Positions 9,782-18,029 of a stretch of DNA of 21,015 bases are shown here, one piece after another. The position numbers were made by a program, and so were the translations under genes. The stretch is taken from the NCBI GenBank assembly GCA_963733295.1, contig CAVTCS010000011.1, positions 1 to 21,015 of the forward strand, in the 5' to 3' direction. The notes beneath the pieces are model-generated. The model saw only the letters and a program-made list of their open reading frames with translations, searched no databases and was not told where the DNA came from. Within the stretch, counting starts at the first letter, position 1. Every line of letters begins with the position of its first letter. Source of the stretch: Vulcanimicrobiota bacterium (GTDB lineage Bacteria; Vulcanimicrobiota; Vulcanimicrobiia; Vulcanimicrobiales; Vulcanimicrobiaceae).

Positions 9782-11672
9782 TTAGACGACTTGGACCCGG
9801 ACCGAATAGTCTTCACAGTCGAGTGTCAGATTCGCGTTATAGTTCGGATCGTGCGCGATGACCGTAGCCCACCGTTCCCGCATCTTCGCTTGTTCTTCGA
9901 GACTACGGGCGATCTTGAACGTACCTACGTCGTGACCCCGGCTTTTGGATTCGAAGTGGTAGAGCTGAACGTGTGGCAGGTTGACGATGCGGTAACCGGC
10001 TGCGACGATCTTGAGGCACAAATCGATGTCGTTGAACGCGACGGTGAGCTCCTCGTCAAAGCCCCCGACCCGCTCGAAAACCTCGCGCCGGGTCATCAGG
10101 CAAGCGCCGGTCACCGCCGAGTAGTTGTTGATCGCTTTGAGCATGTTGGCGTGACCGTTGGCCGCGAGGGGAAAGTGCTTGTGGCTGTGACCGGCCACCC
10201 CGCCCAGGCCGATGACACCCCGGCGTGCGGACCGTGTCGTCGGGATAGAGCAGCAGCGCACCGACAGCCCCGATGCTGGGACGCTGCGCCTGCTCGACCA
10301 TGGCCGCAATCCAGCCCGCGCTCTTGGCTTCGGTATCGTTGTTGAGGAAGAGCACGTAGTGGCCGGTGCTCTTGCTGACAGCGTAGTTGTTGATACGCGA
10401 GAAGTTGAAGGGCACGTTGTAGCGCACCACGCGCACGCGCGGCTCCTTTTTGGCCCAGCGCTCGAAGGTCGCAAGCGACGCTTTCTCGGTGCTGCCGTTA
10501 TCGAGCAGGATCACCTCGAGGTCCTTATAGCCCGCCTTGGCAAAGAGCGAAGAGAGGCAGCGCTCCACGTCCTCACCGCGATCGCGCGTGGGAACGATTA
10601 CGCGACCGTTTGGGGTCGCGGATCGCATAGCGCACCAGGTACACCCCGCGATCGGCGCGCTCGGCAACCTACCCGGTTCGCCCCGCCGTCGAGCGCTTCG
10701 GCGATGGCCCGCTCGGCAGCCCGCGAACGTAGGGCCTGGCGCGCGAGATCCCCGAGGCCGAGCCGCTGGCTTGCGCCAGTGGTAAAGCATGCGCGGGATG
10801 TGCGAATCCGCTCGGTCCCGCTCGCTCAAGCGCAAGACCAAATCGTAGGCTCGGCTGCCGGCAAACTCGACGCGCAACCCACCCAGTTCCTCGACCAGCG
10901 CACGCCGGTACACCCCAAAGCGGAGGCGTGCAATCGCGAGAGGAACGAGTCGGGCGACCATTCGGGTTTGAAGTGCGGCTCGCAGTAGAGTCCCGCCTCG
11001 TCGATCTTGTCCTCATCGGAGTAGAGCATGTCGACGTCGGGATAGCGGTTGATCGTCAGCGCACTTCAAAGAGCGCGTCGGGCGAAAGCGTATCGTCGTG
11101 ATCGAGAAAACCCACGAACGGCCTGTCGCCAAAGCCAGTGCCGAGTTGCTCGCCGCGGCGACGTGGCCGTTCTGGGCGCGATAGATCACCTTGATGCGCG
11201 GGTCCAGTGCGGCGTACTTCTCGAGTACTTTGCGGACGCGCCCCTCTTTGGAGGCGTCGTCGGCGACGCACAACTCCCAATTGGGATAGGCTTGCGCGAG
11301 CCCCGACTTTATCGCCTCGCTGAAAAACCGTTCGGGAGTCTCGTAGTCGCCATGATCATGCTGATCACCACGTGCTGCGGCATGCTCGGATATTTCGCGC
11401 ATCCGTATTGCGTCCGAAGAACTCGACATGTAGCGCCGCAACCAGAACGCATATCGCTCAGATGCGACTGCGGAATTCGCGAGCACCGGGGGACCAAGCT
11501 AGGGCGGCCAGGCGCCGTCTGCTGAGAACCCGGCTCTTCTCAGGGCAAAGAATACGTGCCGCAGCTTCCAAGCCGCGCAATTCCCTCGAGCGGATCCGCC
11601 GCGTCAGTCGTCGATTACCGGTTTCAAATTCGTCGCGTAGTCGCTTGAGGCTGGCCGCTTCGGATTGTGCAC
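9782..11672 (-). CDS. Dual-GT2-domain glycosyltransferase, copy A (paralog of 14193-16260); many indels, so it may be read error or a decaying copy
   Basis: Fragments in several frames: AQAYPNWELCVADDAS, FVGFLDHDD, YSDEDKID, ILLDNGS, FNFSRINN, LFLNNDT, SAVTGACL, AFNDIDLCL, HFESKSRG, DPNYNANL. The start (~11672) is approximate. Confidence 0.75.
9942..11417 (-). repeat. Left arm of ~1.5 kb inverted repeat
   Basis: The reverse complement aligns to 14571-16064. For example, 9942-9960 reversed is accacttcgaatccaaaag = 16046-16064, and 11410-11417 reversed is tcggacgc = 14571-14578. Confidence 0.95.
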
Positions 11673-11747
11673 AGCATTACTATCGTGCCCTTCAAGTCGC
11701 CGTGATGCTGGAGGAGACTGAAAACTTCTCGCCTAGTTACTCATTCA

Positions 11748-12595
11748 ATGCTCTACAGATTCCCGGTCGGCTTCCAGAAGCATCCGGAGCGGGCGCCAGG
11801 CTCGATCGACGAGGTTCGCGTGCTTGACGGCGCTGCGGAACTCGACGATCTGCCTGCATCCAAAGAAGTGCCACGCGGTTGCACCTTAGTCGTCCGGGGA
11901 TGGGCTTCGATCCCCTCACGATGGCGCCGGCCGCCAAGGTGGTCGTGACGATGGACGACCGCTTTCCGGCCGAGGCGAACTACGGCTCACCACGTGAGGA
12001 CATCGCCGGGCATTTTCAACGAAGCGAGCTCAACCCGACCGGCTTTAAAGCGATGATATCGACCGGCGGCGTTGCACTCGCGCCCCACCTCCTGAAACTC
12101 TACGTCCTTGCCGGCGATGGTTCGACGTTTTTCGAAACCTCGAGCGAATATTCGCTTGAAGTCGTTCATGGCGCCGCCAGATACCCGGCGTACCCGCGGC
12201 TGCCCGGGCGCGATTCACGTCGGCATAGACAAGGTCAGAACGACGAGTGAAGGCGCAGGCGCGCCCGCCTTTCCAAAAGTGCCGCGGGGCGCGATTCTCT
12301 TCGTGCGGGGTTGGGCGTTCGATGTCGCCCGAAAGATGCCGTGCCGTCGCGTCTACGACATTTGGGAGACGAATGCGTTCGCGCGATCTATGGCTTGCCG
12401 CGCGACGATGTCGCCAAAGACCAGCAGGTTGCTTCGGGTCGAGCGACCGGCTTCATCGCGCGCCTCACGACGGCCTCGCTGGGTGCCGGGGCATACACGC
12501 TCGCGATCACCGGCGTTGCCCCCGACGGCAGCGAGATCGGCGAAACGGCGTACGGGATGCAGATCGAAATCGTCGAGCCCGCGATGGCGCGCTAG
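11748..12595 (+). CDS. Protein of two tandem Ig-like (GW-x-x-D...R-x-D[IV]A...TGF) domains with no signal peptide or TM helix; frameshifts near 11903, 12207 and 12362
   Basis: Joined from ORFs 11748, 11879, 12108 and 12311: VPRGCTLVVRGW-FDP..NYGSPREDIA..TGF..APHLL, then VPRGAILFVRGWAFD..IYGLPRDDVA..TGF..GAYTL. The stop is TAG at 12593-12595. Confidence 0.72.
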
Positions 12596-14062
12596 GGTTT
12601 CCTTTTTCGCAACGGATTCCGCCGAAGACCCCCGAGCAGACGCTTTAGCACCCAAAGGCGGCTCGCGTACGTCGCTTGGATCGCAGCGTCGGTCTGCGCG
12701 ATCTCCTGAGACTCGGCGCAGTTCCGCCCGCGTTTGTTCGATCGCAGACCGGTTTAGGCGCGCAACCGATGCCTCGAAGTTCACGCGCTCTTCCTTTGCC
12801 CTGGCCAGTTCTTTAGCTGCCACGGCTAGTTCCTTGGCGAGCTGTGTCTCATACTGGGCTTGCATCTGCACAATTCTCGTCCGCTCGTTCGCTAGCTGCT
12901 GCCGGTCGCGTTCGACCTCTGACGCCAGCTGGCTCGAGCGCTGGCGCTCGGTCTCGACCTGTGATGCGAGCCGGTTCGAGCGCTGCCGTTCGTCTTCGAG
13001 CTTTGCGTCTTGGTAGCGCAAATCGGCCGACAGATGCTCGTGCATCACCTGCGCTGCTGCAAGCGCTGCGGCCAGGCTCGCGATATCGTCGCGGCGTTCC
13101 GCAGCCTCGCAATCGAGGCCGGCCGCACCGTCGCGCGGCGCGTTGAGCTTGTCTTGCAGAGTGGAGTTGCGTTCGCGGGCGGCGTGCAGCTCGACATCGA
13201 ACGCGCAGATGCGTGCGATGAGTTCGGTGACGCGTTCGTCATCGTTGAGCGGAACCGCTTTGACGATGAACTGGACGGTGTCGTGTTCGGGGTCGCTGCG
13301 AATCTTTGCCACGAGGTCGTCATCGAAATCGGCCGGATCGAGCTGCGGCAGCACATCGCTCGCGGAGAACAGCTCCGCCTTCGTTCGACGAATCTCTTCG
13401 ATGCGATACCCACTCCGCATGCAGAGTTCGTGGATCGAGCGCAGCGTGAAAAAGCGTGAGTGCGTCGAATCGAGCCGGCCCTCCGGCTGATAATCGAAGG
13501 AGCCGCGAAGCAACGATAGTCGCACGGAGCGGTGCGCTTCGTGGATCGAGCGCAGCGAAAAAAAGCGTAAGTGCGTCGAATCAAGCAGACCCAGTGGCTG
13601 ATAATCGAAGGAGGCGCGAAGCAACGATAGTCGCACGGAGCCGTGCGCGATGTTCGGGATCGAGAGGACCGCGAACGATCCCGGTTTCAAGAACGCGCGC
13701 GTCTCGTCAAAGACCCGCCACGGGTCGCGTAGATGCTCGAGGACGTCTCCGAAGATGGCGACGTCGAACGGTGTTCCCGGGAGCAAGTCTACGAGGGGTC
13801 GCGCATCGAGGTCGGCCACGATGACTTCCTCGCAATACGCCCGTGCCTCGGTAGCCGCAAGCGGGTCCGCCTCGACCCCCGTGACCTGGCAGTTCCGCTG
13901 CCTAAGAAGGCGCGACATGTAGCCGTTCGAGCAGCCAAGCTCGAGGACGCGCTTGCCGACACCCACCATTTCGAGCATGAGCGCACGGCTCGTCTCGGCT
14001 TCCGGTTCTCGAAACTGGTCGTGCCGGGGGTGGGGGAAAAGGCTGCGTCTCGGGTCGATCAC
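12592..14062 (-). CDS. Class I SAM-dependent methyltransferase with C-terminal coiled coil and terminal basic amphipathic helix (WbdD/WsaE-like chain terminator candidate); frameshift near 12710
   Basis: GTG start behind GGGAGA. It has VLELGCSNG, VTGVE, FDVAIFGDVLEHLRDP, LSIPNIAH and GLLDSTHLRFF, then a long E/R/Q/A-rich heptad region. The shifted frame ends QEIAQTDAAIQATYASRLWVLKRLLGGLRRNPLRKRKP-stop at 12592. Confidence 0.82.
12912..12995 (-). repeat. 2 x 42-bp in-frame tandem repeat in the coiled coil
   Basis: Units start tcgacct at 12912 and 12954 and encode the 14-aa (two-heptad) periodicity ERQRSNRLASQVET / ERQRSSQLASEVER. Confidence 0.8.
13427..13648 (-). repeat. 2 x 111-bp in-frame tandem duplication inside the methyltransferase domain
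   Basis: Units 13427-13537 and 13538-13648 differ by 11 substitutions and no indels (hand alignment). They encode AHGSVRLSLLRASFDYQPLGLLDSTHLRFFSLRSIHE and AHRSVRLSLLRGSFDYQPEGRLDSTHSRFFTLRSIHE. Confidence 0.95.
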
Positions 14063-14192
14063 CTTGGTCTCCCGCGGTTGCGGTCCGGCGGCAAAGATTC
14101 TCAGCGGAGGGGTATGGGTACCGCTCGCCAGAAACTCGCGTCCATCCGTTCGACATTCCTGCGACTGTTGGCGGAATTTATCAAAGGACTCG

Positions 14193-16260
14193 ATGAACGG
14201 GCGCGATTCGGTTTACGGAACTGAACTGACGAACAGTTTACGGGAGCTCGCGGGGGCGCGGCAACGTCTCGAGGAGCTGCGGGCGGCCTATGCAGTCGTT
14301 GAGAACAGCCGCTTCGCATTGCTTCGCAGAGCGGTTCGCAGCCTGCGAGCCGCCGTGCGCCTTGGTCGCGTGGAAGCCCCGCTGATCGTCGCAAATCCAC
14401 GCCCCTTGGGACGCGCGCAGCTGCAACCCTACGGCAACGAGATCGTCAATCGGATTATCGAATCCGAGCGGGATCGCCTGATGCTGTTGGAAGCGATGCT
14501 CGCTCAGCGTTCTCGTGCGACGCTTGCGGGCGACTACGAGAAATGGTTGTCGGTGTATCAAGTTCGTTCGTCGGACGCGATGCGGATGCGCGAGATGTCC
14601 GAGGCGCTGCCGCGGCGCGTGGTGATCAGCGTGATCATGGCGACGTACGAGACTCCCGAACGGTTTTTGCGCGAGGCGATCGAGTCGGTGCTCGCGCAAG
14701 CCTATCCCAATTGGGAGTTGTGCATCGCCGACGACGCCTCCAAAGAGCGGCACGTCCGCAAAGTACTCGAGAAGTACGCCGCACTGGACCCGCGCATCAA
14801 GGTGATCTATCGCGCCCAGAACGGCCACATCGCCGCGGCGAGCAACTCGGCACTGGCTTTGGCGACAGGCGAGTTCGTGGGTTTTCTCGATCACGACGAT
14901 ACGCTTTCGCCCGACGCGCTCTTTGAAGTCGCGCTGACGATCAACCGCTATCCCGACGTCGACATGCTCTACTCCGATGAGGACAAGATCGACGAGGCGG
15001 GACTCTACTGCGAGCCGCACTTCAAACCCGACTGGTCGCCCGACTCGTTCCTCTCGCGAATGTACACCTGCCACTTTGGGGTGTACCGGCGTGCGCTGGT
15101 CGAGGAACTGGGTGGGTTGCGCGTCGAGTTTGCCGGCAGCCAAGACTACGATTTGGTCTTGCGCTTGAGCGAGCGGACCGAGCGGATTCGCCACATCCCG
15201 CGCGTGCTTTACCACTGGCGCAAGCACAGCGGCTCGGCCTCGGGGATCTCGCGCGCCAAGCCCTACAGTTCGCGGGCTGCCGAGCGGGCCATCGCCGAAG
15301 CACTCGAGCGGCGGGGCGAACCGGGTACGGTTGCCGAGCGCGCCGACTGCGCGGGGGTGTACCTGGTGCGCTATGCGATCCGCGACCCCAAACGGGTCAG
15401 CGTGATCGTTCCCACGCGCGATCACGGTGAGGACGTGGAGCGCTGCCTCTCTTCGCTCTTTGCCAAGGCGGGCTATAAGGACCTCGAGGTGATCCTGCTC
15501 GATAACGGCAGCACCGAGAAAGCGTCGCTTGCGACCTTCGAGCGCTGGGCCAAAAAAGGAGCCGCGCGTGCGCGTGGTGCGCTACAACGTGCCCTTCAAC
15601 TTCTCGCGTATCAACAACTACGCTGTCAGCAAGAGCACCGGCCACTACGTGCTCTTCCTCAACAACGATACCGAAGCCAAGAGCGCGGGCTGGATTGCGG
15701 CCATGGTCGAGCAGGCGCAGCGTCCCAGCATCGGGGCTGTCGGTGCGCTGCTGCTCTATCCCGACGACACGGTCCAGCACGCCGGGGTCGTCATCGGCCT
15801 GGGCGGGGTGGCCGGTCACAGCCACAAGCACTTTCCCCTCGCGGCCAACGGTCACGCCAACATGCTCAAAGCGATCAACAACTACTCGGCGGTGACCGGC
15901 GCTTGCCTGATGACCCGGCGCGAGGTTTTCGAGCGGGTCGGGGGCTTTGACGAGGAGCTCACCGTCGCGTTCAACGACATCGATTTGTGCCTCAAGATCG
16001 TCGCAGCCGGTTACCGCATCGTCAACCTGCCACACGTTCAGCTCTACCACTTCGAATCCAAAAGTCGCGGAGACGAATCGACCGCCGAGAAGCAGGCTCG
16101 CTTCGTGTGCGAAGTCGAGATCATGCTAAAGCGCTGGGAGACAAATCACCGGTTGGACCCGCAGTACAACATAAATCTGACGATCAGCCGGGAGGACTAC
16201 GCACCGAGCGTACGCGGGCAAGAGCTGCCTCTCGAGCTGGGGCTCGCGATCGCACAATGA
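14193..16260 (+). CDS. Dual-GT2-domain glycosyltransferase, copy B (probable rhamnosyltransferase/polymerase); single frameshift in the A-run at 15552-15557
   Basis: ATG 14193 behind AAGGA, then a short coiled-coil N-terminus. GT2 domain 1 has ISVIMATYE, ADDAS, LDHDD and GSQDYDL. GT2 domain 2 has VSVIVPTRD, LDNGS, LNNDT, AVTGAC and NDIDLC. It is translationally coupled (ATGA) to rmlB. Rhamnose specificity is inferred from context. Confidence 0.9.
14571..16064 (+). repeat. Right arm of ~1.5 kb inverted repeat
   Basis: Reverse-complement match to 9942-11417. Identity is near-perfect in the distal part, noisier at the proximal end, and stops abruptly after ...gaatccaaaag. Confidence 0.95.
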
Positions 16261-17273
16261 GCACCTGGCTCGTCACCGGGGGCCTCGGCTTCATCGGCTC
16301 GCATTTCATCCGGATCGCACTACGCGAGCGGCCCGGCGTCACGATTCTGAATTTCGACGCGATGACGTATGCCGCGAATCCAGAAAACGTCGCCGACGTA
16401 GAGTCCGATCCGCGCTACGCGTTCATGCGCGGCAACATCTGCGACACCCGCGCGGTCGAACGTGCGCTCGCCGAGACGAAGATCGACGCGATCCTTAACT
16501 CGCCGCCGAATCGCACGTCGACCGCTCGATCCTCGATCCAGAAGAGTTTCTGCGCACCGACGTTCTCGGCACGCACGTCTTGCTCGAAGCTGTGCGCAAA
16601 CATCGCATCGCGCGCTTCCTGCAAGTTTCGACTGATGAAGTTTACGGTCACGTTCCTAGCGGTAGTTCCCAGGAAAGTGATGCGCTCGAACCGCGCTCGC
16701 CATACGCCGCAAGCAAAGCCGGCGGCGACCTTCAGGTTCTCGCCTACGGCACGACGTACGGCACGCCCGTCGTCATCTCGCGCGGCTCGAACACTTACGG
16801 CCCGAACCAGTATCCTGAGAAATTGATCCCGCTCTTTACGACGAATCTGCTTGACGGCGAGTCGGTGCCGCTCTACGGCGACGGCGGTCAAATTCGCGAC
16901 TGGATTCACGTCGAGGATCACGCGCGCGGCATCCTGCACGTCCTCGAACATGGCGAGGCGAAATGCACGTCTACAACATCGGTGGAGGGAATCCGCGCAC
17001 CAACCTGCAGATCACCGAACGGCTCGTCGAGCTCTGCGGCCGGACCTTCGATACGCACGTCAGGCACGTCATCGACCGGCCTGGGCACGACCGGCGCTAT
17101 TCCCTCGATTGCGGGAAGGTGCGCGCCCTGGGTTGGTCGCCGCGGTGCGACTTCGAGGAGGGCCTCGCCGCTACGGTGACCTGGTACCGGGACAATCCCG
17201 CCTGGTGGCGGCCTATAAAAGTGGCCGCTTCGCGGAGTATTACAGGCAGCAGTACGCCGAAAGAGGGGGGTAG
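16257..17273 (+). CDS. rmlB: dTDP-glucose 4,6-dehydratase; frameshifts near 16498, 16960 and 17215
   Basis: MSTWLVTGGLGFIGSHF, DAMTYAAN, AESHVDRSI (shifted frame), QVSTDEVYG, PRSPYAASKA, NTYGPNQYPEKLIP, YGDGGQIRDWIHVEDH, YNIGGG, DRPGHDRRYSLD. Confidence 0.93.
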
Positions 17274-18025
17274 TGAAGGGAATCATCCTTGCCGGCGGCC
17301 TCGGCAGCCGGCTGCGACCGCTAACAAAGGTCACAAACAAGCATCTTTTGCCGGTCTACGACAAGCCGATGATTTACTATCCCCTCGAGACGCTATGCCG
17401 GGCGGGGATCACCGAGATCATGATCGTCACCGGCGGTAACTCGGCCGGCGACTTTCTCCGGCTGCTCGGGAACGGGCGAGAGTTCGGTCTCAAGCACATC
17501 GACTACACCTATCAGGAAGGCGAGGGCGGCATCGCCGACGCGCTGCGGCTGTGCGAGCACTTCGCCGATAACGATCGCATCTGCGTTATGCTCGGCGATA
17601 ACATCCTCCAAGACGACATCGGGCCTTTCCGCAAACGGTTCGAAGCCCAACGCGGCGGCGCGCGAGTTCTCCTAAAAGAGGTTCCCGATCCGGAACGCTT
17701 TGGGGTTCCGGAAATCTCCGGCGAGCGTATCGTCCGAATCGAAGAAAAACCCGTAGTCCCCAAGAGCGTTTACGCCGTGACCGGAGTCTATTTCTACGAT
17801 CAGCGCGCCTTCGACTACATCCGCACGCTCAAACCTTCCGCTCGTAACGAACTCGAAATCACCGACGTCAACAACGCGTATATCGACGCCGGCGACCTTT
17901 GCTACGACATCCTCGCCGGCTGGTGGACGGATGCCGGTCAATTCGAGAGTCTGCACCTGGCTGCAAATCTCGTGGCTGCCGAACGTGAGCGGGCGAGAGC
18001 ACCGCTCGTCGCAGCGGCTCGCTGA
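17273..18025 (+). CDS. rmlA: Glucose-1-phosphate thymidylyltransferase (short form)
   Basis: Intact 250-aa ORF with MKGIILAGGLGSRLRPLT..NKHLLPVYDKPMIYYPL, LGDNI, EEKP, PSARNELEITD and WWTDAG. Confidence 0.92.
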   Translation: MKGIILAGGLGSRLRPLTKVTNKHLLPVYDKPMIYYPLETLCRAGITEIMIVTGGNSAGDFLRLLGNGREFGLKHIDYTYQEGEGGIADALRLCEHFADNDRICVMLGDNILQDDIGPFRKRFEAQRGGARVLLKEVPDPERFGVPEISGERIVRIEEKPVVPKSVYAVTGVYFYDQRAFDYIRTLKPSARNELEITDVNNAYIDAGDLCYDILAGWWTDAGQFESLHLAANLVAAERERARAPLVAAAR

Positions 18026-18029
18026 ACGA

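Noticed and set aside
11300..11417. Diversity-generating retroelement (A-specific differences between the repeat arms)
   Set aside because: Copy A has A for G at several sites here, but further along the direction reverses and indels are present. The repeat is 1.5 kb and no reverse transcriptase is in the window.
12353..12591. Methyltransferase ORF extension overlapping the twin-Ig gene by about 240 bp
   Set aside because: A shifted frame from ~12710 gives a sensible coiled-coil/amphipathic end that stops at 12592. The extension is antisense read-through.
13427..13648. DGR template/variable pair in the 111-bp duplication (7 of 11 differences are A in one unit on the plus strand)
   Set aside because: The bias is on the non-coding strand, four differences are non-A, both units are adjacent in one reading frame, and there is no RT.
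13953..14192. Longer N-terminus of GT copy B from the ORF track
   Set aside because: It overlaps the divergent methyltransferase start. ATG 14193 has an AAGGA ribosome-binding site.
266..15425. Long opposite-strand or alternate-frame ORFs (e.g. 266..1057 +, 5606..6400 +, 10212..10988 +, 14238..15425 -)
   Set aside because: These are shadows of real genes in high-GC DNA, are often Arg/Pro-rich and have no recognisable motifs.
9942..16064. Composite transposon or fold-back chimeric read as the cause of the inverted repeat
   Set aside because: The arms encode glycosyltransferase, not transposase. A fold-back would mirror continuously, whereas here a unique 3.15 kb spacer and distinct but homologous C-terminal tails flank the arms. 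Misassembly is still not fully excluded.
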